Assembly: GCF_009914755.1 (NCBI RefSeq)
Contig: NC_060947.1
Strand: one strand, 5' to 3'
Origin: the human T2T-CHM13v2.0 reference genome, Homo sapiens
Length of the DNA: 64,000 nt
Shown here: piece after piece, positions 16,060 to 42,106 of the stretch
Numbering within the stretch: the first letter of the stretch is position 1
Layout: each line of letters starts with the position of its first letter
Made by a program: the position numbers and the translations under genes
Notes under the pieces: generated by a model
What the model was told of the DNA's origin: nothing
The model's input: the letters and a program-made list of their open reading frames with translations, nothing else
The model's database searches: none

Positions 16060-17005
16060 AAGACATCACATTCAGATGTCACATAAACTCATTCAAAGCT
16101 GACCTTGTCTCTCTTGCCCATTGCTGTACTCCCAGCATCTTTACTTTGCTTGTCACACAATAGGTATGCAATAAATATTTTTAAAGGAGTCAAATAAATG
16201 TTTTTCACATATTCAGTTAGAATATACACTCAGATGTTACACTCACTTATTCTTTTGTGGAACTCATTTATAACCCATTTCCTAATTCAGATGTCAAACA
16301 CACACTCAGGTATTTTACATATATTTTTTTCAGATGTAGCACACAATCCTCCACATATCATACATAGTATCTTAGCTGTCATAGGTATACAACTGTTACT
16401 TACACTCTTTTGGACATTACTCACATATTATAACACATACCCTAATTCAGGTGTTTAATACAAAGTTTAGATGAATAGCTTGCTTACATGGATGCCACAA
16501 ACACCCATTCAATGTTTAATTGAATGTTTTAATTGGGATATTAAAAAATTCAGATATTACACATGCAGATGTCAACTTTGACAATCACACATTCATCATG
16601 ATATCAAATATACTCAACAAAATGCAATACACACTCTCTTAGATGCCAAACACTCATTGAGAAGTTATAATGTTTTTTGTCATTACAGTCATTCAGTTGT
16701 GAACCCCTCATTGAGTAGTCTTATACGTTCATGCAGAGGACACAATTAGTTTTAATCTACACATTCAAATATTATCCACACATTTAAAAGGTCACATTCA
16801 GATAATACATATGCAAACTATTTGACATGTTGCTCACACAATGAAATGGAATATACCCATTCTAAGGTTAAACCCTTCATTGGATGTCATAACCACTTCT
16901 CAGATCAAAATACACTTAATAGGATGCAAACCACATATTCAGCTAGTCCACATTCTAAGGTATAATCCATGTTCAGTCTATATGTCACACACATTTAATT
17001 GGATG
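16060..17005. repeat. Highly degenerate tandem-like repeat (ATTCAGATGTCACAC core)
   Basis: Recurrent variants such as ATTCAGATGTCAC, ACTCAGATGTTAC, ATTCAGATGTCAA, TTTCAGATGTAGC, ATTCAGATATTAC, ATTGGATGTCAT. Confidence 0.5.
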
Positions 17006-17006
17006 T

Positions 17007-17390
17007 TATCTTAGTCCATTTGTGTTACTATAAAGGAATACCTGAGGCTGGGTAATTGATAAAACAGATTTACTTGGCTCACAGTTCCTCAGGCTGTACA
17101 AGAAGCATGGCACCAACATCTGCTTCTACTGAAGGTAGAAGGTGAAGGGGAGCAGGCATCACATGGCAAAAGAGGAAGGAAGAGAGAGGGGAGACAGGTG
17201 CCAAGCTCTTTTCAAAAATCAGCTCTTGCGAAAAATAAGAGTGAGAACTCATTACTGCAAGAATGACACAAAGTTTTTCATGAGGGATCCACCACTATGA
17301 TCCAAACACCCCGCATTAGGCCACAACTCCAACATTGAGAATTACATTTCTGCCTGAGATTTTGAGGGGACAAATATCTAAACTATATCA
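17007..17390 (-). mobile_element. MST-family (MSTA/B) MaLR LTR
   Basis: TTAGTCCATTTG..AAGGAATACCTGAGGCTGGGTAAT..GGCTCACAGTTC..AAACTATATCA; near-TSD GATGT/GATAT. Confidence 0.85.
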
Positions 17391-17690
17391 GATATAAAAT
17401 GCTTACAATGAGATATTCAAAACATTTATTTATCTCACACTTCTTTGTGTGATGTGCACATTTATCCTGATGTTACCCTCACAATCAGGTTAGGTATTTT
17501 ACTTACATGTCCTTGAATCATTGCTGGTTTCCCAATAATTACATAATTTTGGACTCTCAGTTTTCTTGTCCATGACCTTTTCCATGTGGGCAGGTTTTGA
17601 TCTCTCTTAGGTAGAATGGGAAATGTATAAAAAGAGCAGATGGGAGAAAAGGATGGTCTATCACAACTCTCTCTCTCTTACGTGCCCACA

Positions 17691-17691
<1 letters not shown>

Positions 17692-17725
<34 letters not shown>
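17692..17725. repeat. (CA)n microsatellite
   Basis: About 17 CA units. Confidence 0.95.
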
Positions 17726-17727
<2 letters not shown>

Positions 17728-17849
17728 GACCAGGTCCTAGGTAACCTAAATAATATGCAACTCTTCATTGGTTTCCCCTAAAGGGGCAGGACCAGTCTTC
17801 CCAAGGACTTTAACAACCTGTTTGAGTTTTTATGCTTTTCCCCCTCCCC

Positions 17850-18727
17850 AGCTGTATTAAGTTATAATTGATAAATAAAACTTGTATATATTTAAGCTAT
17901 ACAACATGATAATTTGATATATGTACACATTGTGAAATGATTAACACAATCAGATTAATCAACACAACCATCACCTCACATAGTTACCAGTTTTTTAAAA
18001 AAATTAGTTTCAGTGGTACATGTGCAAGTTTGTTAAACAGATATATTATGTAATGCTGGGGTTTGGACTTCTGTTGAACCCGTCCCCCAAATAGTGAACA
18101 TAGTACTTAATAGTTAGTTTTACAACCCTTGTCCCTTCCCTCCCTCCCCACTTTTGGAGACTCCAGTGTCTATTGTTTCCATCTTTATGTCTGTGTACCA
18201 CTTTTTAAATTTTTATTTTTTAGAGAGGGTCTTGCTATGTTGCCCAGGCTGTTCACAGACTCTGAACTTAAGTAACCCCCACAACCTCAGCCTCCTAAGT
18301 AGCCAGGACTACAGGTGTATGCCTCTGTGCACAGCTGTTACCACTTTTTGCGTGTAGTGTGAGCATTTAGGATCTACTCTCTTATTAGATTTCAATGATA
18401 CAATACAGTATTATTAATTATAGTTACCATGCTGTATATTATTAATAGATTTCCAGGACTTATTCACCTTATAACAGAAATACTGTGCCCTTTGCTAACA
18501 TCTCCCAATTTCCTCTACCCCCCAGTACCTGGCAACCACCATTCTACTCTTAGCTTCCATGAGTTCAACTTCTTTAGATTCCACATATAAGAGGATATCA
18601 TATATATTTGCTTTTTTGTCTCTGACTTACTTCACTTAACATAATGTCCTCCAGGTTGATTCATGTTATTACAATTGGCAGAATTTCCTTCTTTTTTTGG
18701 TGGAATAATATTCCAATGTGTGTGTGC

Positions 18728-18767
<40 letters not shown>

Positions 18768-18955
18768 TACCTCCATTGTCTTTATTCATTCAACTGTCAA
18801 TGGACATTTAGGTTGTTTCTACATCTTGGCTGTTGAGAATAATGCTGCAATAAATGTGGGAATGCAGATATCTTTATGACATACTGATTCTATTTCATTC
18901 GGATATATACTCAGAGTGTAACTGCCGGATCTTATGGTAGTTTTATGTTTTTTTT
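17850..18955 (-). mobile_element. 3' part of an old L1MA, with a nested L1PA 3' fragment (~18000-18200) and an Alu monomer (~18205-18335)
   Basis: Antisense L1MA 3'UTR motifs (CCTGGCAACCACCATTCTACTC, TTTAGATTCCACATATAAG). Confidence 0.75.
18731..18765. repeat. (TG)n microsatellite
   Basis: About 17 TG units. Confidence 0.95.
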
Positions 18956-19030
18956 AATGGTAATTCTATTTTTAATTTTCTGAGGGATCGCTGTGCTATT
19001 TTCCATAGCAGCTGCACGATTTTGCATTCC

Positions 19031-25707
<6,677 letters not shown>

Positions 25708-25710
<3 letters not shown>

Positions 25711-26813
25711 CTTTTTTTTTTTTTTTAAAGAAAAAGCCAAACCTCTTTCTAAAATGATCCACCCATCATTTGCAGGCATTAAATTCTTCAGCTTTAAATC
25801 ATTCACTTTTTTTTTTTTTTGCTTTAAGGTGTCATACAATCACTTCACTTTTTCTCAAATCTCTTTCTTAGAGCTGTCCTTCACCCACATATGAGCTGAA
25901 TTTTCAGTACAAGATAAAAAGGTATTTTGCCAAAAATGCAAGATTTTAGTGCCTGCTGGCATACCTGCAGTGACAACTTCACAAATTTCCTTTTCTTTTT
26001 TTACACTGTTCCTTATGCTGGATTAATTTATCTTGAAATGGCAGACAACCACAGCTTCAGACTCAATCTATGGTTCATATCAGGCAATTCAACTTTTTCT
26101 TGGAATGTCATGACTCTTCTCTACATCTTGGGAGCACTTCCAGAATCACTAGTAGCACTTCGTGTACATTTCATGGTGTTATTCAAGGTTTAGGATATTG
26201 CACTAAACATGATGAAAAACATACAGGAAACATGAGAGATTACTTTTTCTGTGATGCATACTTTACCAGAGGAAGAAATTGCTCAAGTGAAGATCATTAC
26301 CATCACATGGAGTTTTAAGCTGATATTTTAAAAACTTGAGCTCACCACAATAGCATCATAAGGTGGATAAGAAGTTATTGCAGTAGTACTTCTTATAGTA
26401 CTACTTCTTATAGTAGTAGAAAAGTAGTGCTACAGTATGTAGCTACAGTTAATTTTATGCAGTCATGATTCAATACTGCATCTTTACATTTTTTTACATT
26501 TCTTTTGACTGCGAGTGGTACAATGTATGGTCTGTTTTTGTGTGTGCATGTTTTGATAACTTTTAATTTTTTATAATATGTTTATATATATTTTATTATA
26601 GTAAATGATAAAATAGACTAGTTATCTATACACATTTTATGCATTTGTTACATACTTAACTTTTTTTCCCCATATTTCCAGGCTATGCAGTTGACCTTTG
26701 AGTTTTCTCAAATTGTCACAAATCTCCAGAAAATTTTCCAATATATTTATTTTTAAAAATCCACATAGAAGTGGACTTAAAAAGTTCAAACCCATGTTTT
26801 TCAAAGGTCAATT
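25708..26813 (-). mobile_element. Tigger1 DNA transposon, 5' half
   Basis: TIR-like TTCAAACCCATGTTTTTCAAAGGTCAAT at ~26785-26813; antisense transposase ..TTTAGAAAGAGGTTTGGCTT. Confidence 0.85.
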
Positions 26814-28074
26814 TTATTATAAAATAACATTCTATGTAAAGAAAGATGATGATGATGATTTAGATATGGGAGAATACTTAAGATAAACTAAGGTGGCCAA
26901 TTCCAACTGAGAAATGGCAGAAGCCAGTGAGTCAGCCATGAGATGTGTTTGCAGTTTGGACTGTCTAAATGTCAAGTTCAAAGTTCAGAGAGCTAAAATG
27001 AGGCCCAAATGAGGAAAACCTGTTTTTTTTTTTTTTGAGATCAGTTTAAGAAGCAGAACACTGTCTTTCTGCTACTGAGGCTGGTGCATGAACCCCTGAG
27101 GGAAAAGACAGGTGTAGGGGAACCACTGGGTTTCAGGAGGCCTTGACCTCTTCCCACCAACAGACATTTACCTTATCTTTTCACGGATGGAATCTACCAG
27201 CCATGCCTGAAAACACCAAGTACTGACCTCTGGATGGGAACCTGGCAAAGACTGAGGGCATACTTATCTTAATGGGTACAATGTAACGTTTCAATGTCAC
27301 TGAGATACATCTGAATATGTGGGGTCACTGGTGAAAATCCAACAGAATGGGGCTAGTATTTGTTTGGAGTAGACAAGAATGCTTTACTTTATGTCTTACA
27401 CTGCTGCTTTGCTCTGTCACAAGGCTTTCTATAATGGAGACATACACACAGATACCTACAATATCCCTTACTGGACCAGTTTCTATAACCCCTCAATGAA
27501 GAGCCTTCTGGTGGAGTTGAATAAAAGAACAAATTTAAGCTCAAGAAAGAAGCAGGATCTTTTCCACTCTCTAACTGCAACTTATCACCAGCTGACCCCT
27601 AGTGTGCAGACAACAGAGCCCCAAATCTCCAGTAAGAAGAAAGGAATAGGGAGTAATGTGGCAGAGCCCAGCCTTCATAGCAGGCACTGGCTCAGGTTAT
27701 CACTTTGGTATTGTGAGAGGGAAGAGCATGGCCATGTCCTACATGCATGGGTGTCACGTTGGACGGTGGTACTGCTGATAGTGCTCCTGAATCTGACATA
27801 TCACGTCAGTCTTCCTTTGTCCAAGGGAGGAGTGACAAAAGGGCTTGGGAGAAAAGCGTTTTCTGTAAGATTAGGAATACTGAAAAGAGAATCCTGCCCC
27901 CACCTCCAATGACCTGGAACTATGGATAGAAGCTGGTCTGAACACAGAGAAAAGTAGACTGTGTGTAAAAATTCATTTTACTGCTAAAATCCCAAATCCA
28001 CCAGTTCTGGAATCTGTTAAAATGAGGGTCCATAGACAAAAACGGATGTAAATTTTTAAAAGTGATTTTTCTTG

Positions 28075-28830
28075 TTTACAGATCTATTGAAGTATAATTG
28101 ACAAATAAAAGTGTATATCTTTAAGTTATATCTTGATGTTTTGGTATACATTGTGAAATAATCACCACAATCAAATTAATTAATATATCCATCAACTCAT
28201 ATAATTTTGGGTTTTACCGCTTTTTGTGTTGAGCAATTTAGATCTGTCTCCTTAGCAAATTTCAAGTATATAATGCAGTGTTGTTAACTATAGCCACATT
28301 GCTGTACATTAGATCTTCAGAATGTATTCATCTTGCATAACTGAAACTTTGTATCCTTTGATCATCATCTCATTTCTCCCTCCCCCAGCCACTGGCAACC
28401 ACCCTTTTAGTGTCTGATTCTATGAGTTTGACTATTTTACTTACCTCATAAGAGTGGAATCATGCAGTATTTGTCCTTTTGTGGCTGGCTTATTTCACGT
28501 AACATAATGTCCTCATGATGGCTGTTGTCAAAACAGGAAAAGACAACAAGTGTTGGCGAGGACGTGGAGAAATTAGAACACTTGCATGCTGTTGGTGGGA
28601 ATGCAACAGTGAAGCTGCTATGGAAAACAGCATGGAGATTCCTTCAAGAAACTACAAATAGAACAGCCATATGATTCAGCAATTCCACTTTTGGGTATTT
28701 ATCCAAAAGAATTGAAATCAGGATGTCAAGGAGGTATCTGCACTCCAATGTTTATAGTGGCATTATTCACAATAGCCAAGAAGTGGAAACAACCTAAATT
28801 CCCTCAGTAGATGAGTGGATTTATGAAACA
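28075..28830 (-). mobile_element. Old L1MA fragment with strand switch at ~28515 (probable 5' inversion)
   Basis: Antisense 3'UTR 28075-28514 followed by sense ORF2 end (ACAAGTGTTGGCGAGGACGTGGAGAAA). Confidence 0.65.
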
Positions 28831-29430
28831 AACAAACAAAAAAACTTGCTAACAGTTTGTGAATATAGCTTCATTGCCTTTTGGCTTAAAACTCTGGTGT
28901 GAAAATCTGAGCTCAAACTATGTTTCCTCCTTGTATGTAATTTGCTTTCTCTGCCTGGATATCTGAATAACTATGTTTTTATCTTTGAACTTAAATAACT
29001 TAAATTGGATTCATCTTTGTCATTATTTCTTTACACATTTTTCTGATATGTGGTGTGATTTTTTTGATCCGCAGCTTTATTACATCTTCTATTTCAAGGA
29101 AAATTTTCTATATTATACTGTTTATATTATATTCCATTGTAGCATCCTCTACTTTAAGGAATCCAACTAAACTAATTTTATATTAACTTTTTTTCTCCAT
29201 TTTTATGATTTTCCTAATTTCTATAATTTTGTGTTCTTGTTCAAACACACTGTAATGATCACAAGACATTTTTTCCTGAAGTTATTCTTTTTAAAAATAA
29301 ACCTTTTATTTTAGAATAGTGTTAGATTTACAAAAAAAGTGAAGATAGTACAAATAGCAAAGAGACTTTCTTCTGTTATTAACATCTTACATTAGTATTG
29401 CAGATTTGTCACAATTAATAAGTCAATACA

Positions 29431-29915
29431 CTATAAAGACACATGCACACGTATGTTTATTGTGGCATTATTCACAATAGCAAAGACTTCGAACCAACCC
29501 AAATGTCCAACAATGATAGACTGGATTAAGAAAATGTGGCACATATACACCATGGAATACTATGCAGCCATAAAAAATGATGAGTTCATGTCCTTTGTAG
29601 GGACATGGATGAAATTGGAAATTATCATTCTCAGTAAACTATCGCAAGAACAAAAAACCAAACACCGCATATTCTCACTCATAGGTGGGAATTGAACAAT
29701 GAGAACACATGGACACAGGAAGGGGAACATCACACTCTGAGGACTGTTGTGGGGTGGGGGGAGGGGGGAGGGATAGCATCGGGAGATATACCTAATGCTA
29801 GATGACGAGTTAGTGGGTGCAGCGCACCAGCATGGCACATGTATACATATGTAACTAACTTGCACATTGTGCACATGTACCCTAAAACGTAAAGTATAAT
29901 AATAATAAATAAAAA
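29431..29915 (+). mobile_element. 5'-truncated L1PA2/3 3' end inserted in an L1MC remnant
   Basis: ORF2 end (..SLIGGN*), 3'UTR, poly(A); TSD AATAAGTCAATA (29417-29428 / 29916-29927). Confidence 0.92.
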
Positions 29916-30404
29916 AATAAGTCAATATTAGCATGTATTAACTAAAGCCTATACTTAGATTTCTGTGTTTTTACCTAATAACTCTTTTCTATTCTAGGAT
30001 TCCATCCAGGATATCACATTACATTTAGTCATCATGTTTCCTTAGGTCCTCCTGCTCTAAAAGTTTCTCAAATTTCCCTTGTTTTTGATTACCTTGATGG
30101 TTTTTAGGTGTACTGGTCAGGAATTTTATAGAATGTCTCTTACTTGGGATTTGTCTGGTGTTTTTATAATGATTGGAGTGGGATTACAGGATTTGCGGAA
30201 GAAGCCTACAGAGGTAAAATGCCATTCTCATCACATTATATCAAGTGTACATAATATCAACATGATTTTTCACTGCTGAGTTTTACTTTGATCACTTGGC
30301 TGATGGTGTTTGTCAGGCTTGAACACGGAAAAGCTACTAATTTTTTCACCTTTGCATACTTTACTCTTTGAAATAAAGTCACTATGAGAAACCCACATTT
30401 TCTA

Positions 30405-30600
30405 TCTTTTTATTTATTTTCATTGTATTTTATGTTATTGAGGTATTCATGTGTCATGGTGGTTTGCTGCACCTATCAACCCATCATCTAGGTTTTAAGC
30501 CCCGCATGCATTAGCTATTTGTCCTAATGCTCTCCATTCCCTCGCCCCCCACTTCACTACTGGCCCTGGTGTGTGTCGTTCCTCTCCCTGTGTCCATTCT
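30405..30600 (-). mobile_element. L1PA8-like 3' fragment
   Basis: GGTGGTTTGCTGCACCTATCAACCCATCATCTAGGTTTTAAGCCCCGCATGCATTAG. Confidence 0.7.
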
Positions 30601-30839
30601 ATTCTCCTCCGTATATTTTCTTCAATAATGTATTTATATTAATATGGAATTGTGGATAATTATTTCATACTCTGGATTATAATCTAAACCTACTTTATTT
30701 TGTTGCTCAACCTATTTCAGCTTTGATCATTGGAACTTTTTCAGCGGACTCCTGTGTCCTTTTGACTTACTCTTGTCATTTATTGTATTTTTGAGCACTT
30801 TCTTACTTTCTGGCATTATAGGATACCCCTCTAATCTTT

Positions 30840-31750
30840 TTTCTACCTTTATTGTGGGTATAATTGACAAATAAAATTGTATAAATTTAAGGTATACAAT
30901 GTGATGATTTGATATATGTACACATTGTAAAAATCACAATCAAGTTATTTAACACATCTTTCATCACACCTAGTTATCATTTTGGTGCATTGTGGTGAGA
31001 AATTTACCATCTACTGTTTTAGCAAATCTCAGGTATACAATACATTATTTTTAACTATAGTTACCATGCGTACATCAAATCTTATTCATCTCATCACTGA
31101 AAGTTGGTACTCTTTGACCAACATTTCCCCATTTCCCACACTTCTCAGCCCCTCATAACCATCATTCTACTACTGTCTGTTTCTACGAATCTGGCATTTT
31201 TAGGTTCCACATATAGGTGGAGTGCAGTATAAGTGAGATCACTCAGAATTTATCTTTCTGTAGTTGACTTATTTCATTTAGCATAATGCCTTCAAGATTC
31301 ATCCGTGTTGTCACAAATGGCAAGAGTTCCTTCTTTGCTATGGTTGAATACTATTCCATTCATATATATATACACACAGTATAGGTATATATGCATAATA
31401 CATATATACATAATTTTTGTCCGTTCATCTGTTGACAGACACTTAGATTGCTTCCATGTCTATTGGATATTGTGAATATTGCTGCAATGAATAATGGCTG
31501 TTGTGAATAATGCTGCAATGAACATGGGAGTGCAGAGATCTCTAAGACATACTGATATCATCTCCTTCAGATATATACCCAAGGAATCATATGGTAGTTT
31601 ATTTTTAATTTTTTGAGGAAACTCCCTACTATTTTCTATAATGGTTGCATCAATTTACAATCCCACCAGCAGTGTACAGGGTTTGCTTTTCTCCATATTC
31701 TTGCTAACGCTTGTTATCTCTTGTCCTTTTGATTATACCTATCCTAACAG
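30840..31750 (-). mobile_element. Old L1MA 3' end
   Basis: Antisense L1MA 3'UTR/ORF2-end motifs. Confidence 0.7.
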
Positions 31751-31754
31751 GTTT

Positions 31755-33627
31755 AAGAAAAAAAGCATTTGTCGAAATCCAACATCCTTTCATGATAAAA
31801 ACTCTCAACAAATTGAGTATAGAAAGATTGTGCCTCAACATCATAAAGGCCATATATGAAAACCCCACAGCTAACATACTCAACAGTGAAAAACTAAAAA
31901 TTTTTCATCTAAGATGAAGAATAAGATAAGGGTGCCTACTCTCACCATTTCTATTTAACATACTACTAGAAGTCCTAGCTAGGGCTATTAGGCAAGAAAA
32001 AGAAACAAAAGTATACATATTAGAAAGGGAAAAGTAAAATTGACCATGTTTGCAGATGACACGCTCTTACATATAGAAAACCCTAAAAAAAACAAAACCC
32101 ATTAGAATTCATAAATTAATTCAGTAAAGTTATACAAAGTAAACCCACAAAAAGTCAGTTGCATTCATATACACTAACAGTGAACTACCTGAAAAAGAAA
32201 TGAAGAAAACAATCTCATTTACTAAACTCGAAACAATAAAATACTTAGGAACAAATTTAACCAAGGAAGTGAAAGATCTGTACCCTGAAAACTATAAGGA
32301 AAAAGTTCTGATGAAAGAAATTGAAAGGACACAAATAAATTGAAAGATATCTCGTGGTGTGCAAGAATTAATATTGTTATAATGTCCATACTACCCAAAG
32401 TGGACCTATAGATTCAATGCAATCCATACCAAATTCCAGGCATCACATTTCCTGATTTCAAATTATATTACAAGGATATATACTCAAAACAGTATTATAC
32501 TGGCTTAAAAACAGACATATAGACCAAGGGAACAAAACAGAGAGCCCTGAAATAAACTCAAGCACATAAGGTCAACTTACCTTTGGCAGGTGTGCCAAGA
32601 ATACACAATGGGGATGGGAGAGTCTCTTCAATAAATGATGTGGGGAAACTGGACATTCATATGCAAAACACTGAAATTGAACTCCTATCTTACAGCATAC
32701 ACAAAAACAAACTCAAAATAGTTTAAAGGCTTAAATGTAAGACTTAAAACCAGAAACCTCCTAGGAGAAAATATAAGGGAAAAAGTCCTTGACATTGCTC
32801 TTGGCAATTATTTTTTGGCTATGACACCAAAAGCGAAAAGCAAATAAAACAAAAATAAACAAGTGAGACTTCGGCAAACTGAGAAGCTTCTGCACAGCAA
32901 ACAAACAAACAATAGAATTAACAGGCAGACTATAGAATGGGAGAAGATAATTACAAGCCATGTAACTGATAAGAAATTATCATCCAAAATATATAAGGAA
33001 CTCATACAATTCAATAGCAAAGAAACAAATAACCCAATTTAACAATGGGGAAAGGACCTAAATAGACATTTTCCAAAACAAATCATAAAAATGTCCAGGC
33101 CAGGCACAGTGGCTCACACTTGTAATCCCAGAACTTTGGGAGGCCAAGGCGGGCAGATCATGAGTTCAGGAGATCGAGACGACCCTGGCTAACATGGTGA
33201 AACCCCGTCTCTAATAAAAATACAAAAAAATTAGTCAGGCGTGGTGGCAGGCGCCTGTAGTACCAGCTACTCGGGAGGATGAGGCAGGAGAATGGTGTGA
33301 ACCCAGAAAGCAGAGCTTATAGTGAGGCGAGATGGTGCCACTGCACTCCGGCCTGGGTGACAGAGTGAGACTCCATTTGAAAAAAAAAAAAAGTCCAAAA
33401 GGTATATTAAAATGTGTTCAACATCACTAATCATAAGGAAAATGCAAATGAAAACCACAATGAGATATCACCTCACACCTGTTAGGATGGCTATTATCAA
33501 GAGAACAAGAGGTAACAAGTGTTGGTGAGAGTGTAAAGAAAAGAGAACCCTTGTATACTGTTGGTAAGGATGTAAACTGGTAAAGCAATTATGGAAAACA
33601 GTATGGAGGTTCTTAAAAAATAAACAT
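31755..33627 (+). mobile_element. Old L1MA ORF2 portion (5' partner of 17850-18955)
   Basis: KAFVEIQHPFMIKTLNKL..; TTTGCAGATGAC; ends ATGGAAAACAGTATGGAGGTTCTTAAAAAATAAACAT. Confidence 0.8.
33098..33392 (+). mobile_element. AluY-like
   Basis: GGCCAGGCACAGTGGCTCA..GAGATCGAGAC..GGAGAATGGTGTGAACC..poly(A); TSD ~AAAAA(T)GTCCA. Confidence 0.9.
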
Positions 33628-39768
<6,141 letters not shown>

Positions 39769-39770
<2 letters not shown>

Positions 39771-40135
39771 AGAATTATGAGTTCTTGTCCTTTGTAGGGA
39801 CATGGATGAAGCTGGAAACCATCATTTTCAGCAAACTATTGCAAGGACAGAAAACCAAACACCACATCTTCTCACTCATATGTGGGAATTGAACAATGAG
39901 AACATGTGGACACAGGAAGGGGAACATCACACACCGGGGACTGTTGTGGGGTGGGGGGATGGGGGAGGGATAGCATTAGGTGATATAACTAATGCTAAAT
40001 GATGAGTTAATGAGTGCAGCACACTAACATGGCACGTGTATACATATGTAAGAAACCTGCACGTTATGCACATGTATCCTAAAACTTAAAGTATAATAAT
40101 AATAATAATAATAAATAAAAATAAATAAATAAAAA
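39769..40135 (+). mobile_element. 3' half of the host truncated L1PA (second L1 3' end)
   Basis: ..TATGAGTTCTTGTCCTTTGTAGGGACATGG through a second 3'UTR and (AAT)n/A tail. Confidence 0.85.
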
Positions 40136-42106
40136 GTCAAAATAACAGGAGAAATAGCTTCTGCCAACCAAGAAGCAAGTGAGTTCCTGGACACTATTAA
40201 GAAAATCATTGAGGGGAGGCCGGGCACAGAGGCTCACTCCTGTAATCACAGCACTTTGGGAGGCCAAGGCAGGCAGGTCACCTGAAGTCAGGAGTTTGAG
40301 ACCAGCCTAAGCAACATGATGAAACTCCATCTGTATTAAAAATACAAAAAATTAGCCAGGCTTGGTGGTGTGTGCCTGTAATCCCAGTGACTTGAGAGGA
40401 TGAGGCAGGAGAATCGCTTGAGCCTGGGATTTGGAGGTTTCAGTGAGCCGAGATCACACCACTGCACTCCAGCCTGGATGACAGAATGATATTCTGTCTC
40501 AAGAAAAAAAAAAGAAAAGAAAAGAAAAAAAGAAAAAAGAAAAAGAAAATCATTGAGGGGAAAGGGTATTTGTCATAACAGGTTTTAATGCAGATTGAAG
40601 TGCCCTATTCTGGAAAAAATGTCACAAAGGACATTTATTAATAAGGAAGAGAAATGAACACCAGGACTTAAGGCTTGAAGGGATAGGCTATCTCTACTGT
40701 TTTGTGTAAAAGCAGTCAGCCTTATAATTGGAACTGCTGCTCACCCCTGTGCCTGGAAGGGAAAAAATAAATAACAGTTGGCAGTCTTTTGATTGTACAA
40801 CAGGAAGGCCTGGACAATGAGAGCTTTTACTGAATTGGTTACATTTACACCTTGTCCCTCAAGGCAGGAAGTACTTTGCTACTAAGGGACCACCTTTTAA
40901 AGTTCTTTTAATTTTGAACAATGTCCCTGGAGACCCAGAATCCTATAAGTACAACACCAAATGCATGGAAGTAGTCTACTTGTCCCCCAACACAATGTCT
41001 CTAATTCAGCCTCTAGATCAGGGGGTCATAAGGACCTTTAAGTCTCATTATATATGGTACTCTAAGAAAAAGATTATCAACACTATGGAAGAGAACCCTG
41101 ATGGAAAGAACATAATGGAAGTCTACAAGGATTACATCATTGAAGATGCCATCGTTGTTACAGAAAAAGCTATGAAAGCCATCAAGCCCCAAACAATAAA
41201 TTCCTGCTGGGGAAAACTGTCCAGATTTTGTGTACGACTTAACAGGATTTATGGTGGAGGCAATCAAGGACATCATGAAAGAGATTGTGAATATTGAAAA
41301 AACAAGGTAGGGGGTGAAGGATTTCAAGATACGGATCTTGGAGAAAGTCAAGAGCTAACAGACACCACACCAGAGGAATTGACAGAATGCAACTTGATGG
41401 AGACAAGTGCTTTCAATGCCAGACGATGAGAAAGAAGACAGAAGAAGCAATGCCAGAAAACCAATTGACATTAGATAATATGACAGTAGAGTTCCAGTTA
41501 TTTAAGGCTGCTTTTGATTTCTTTTAGGACACTGACCTTCTATGATACAGGCACTGAAATGAAAGCAAACAGTGGGAGAAGGATTGGTACAGTATAGAAA
41601 CATTTTTAGAAAAATGAAAAACAGAAAAGTCAGACAGAAATTACAATGTGTTTCTGTACAGTTACACCAAATGTGCCTACCTCTCCTGCCTCCCCTTCCA
41701 TCTGCTCCACCTTTTCCACCTCTACTACTCCCGATGCAGAAAGACCAACCCCTCTTTCTCCTCCTCCTTCTCAGTCTAGTCATTGTAAAGATGACAAGGA
41801 TGAAGACCTTTATGATGATCAATACTCAAACATTCACTTAATGAATAGTAAATTTATTCCTCTTCTTTATGATTTTCTTACATTTTCTTTTCTCTAGCTT
41901 ACTTTATTGTAAGATAGAGTATATAATAGGTATAACATATAAAATATGTGTTAATTAACTACTTACGCTATCAGTAAGGCTTCTGGTTAATAGTAGGCTA
42001 TTAGTAGTTAATTTTGGCAGGGAATCAAAAGTTATACACAGATTTTTCAACTTCACGGTGGAGGGGGGTCAGTGCTCCTAATCCTGTGTTATGCAAGGGT
42101 CAGCTA
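40131..42106 (+). mobile_element. Tigger1 DNA transposon, 3' half
   Basis: GTCAAAATAACAGGAGAA..; DDE transposase remnant 40914-41297 (VVYLSPNTMSLIQPLDQGVIRTFK); terminal GTGTTATGCAAGGGTCAGCT. Confidence 0.9.
40218..40542 (+). mobile_element. AluS-like inside Tigger1
   Basis: Alu dimer; 19-bp TSD AAGAAAATCATTGAGGGGA (40199-40217 / 40543-40561). Confidence 0.93.

Noticed and set aside
26383-26431. Small duplication/hairpin TACTTCTTATAGTA x2
   Set aside because: Local slippage inside Tigger1.
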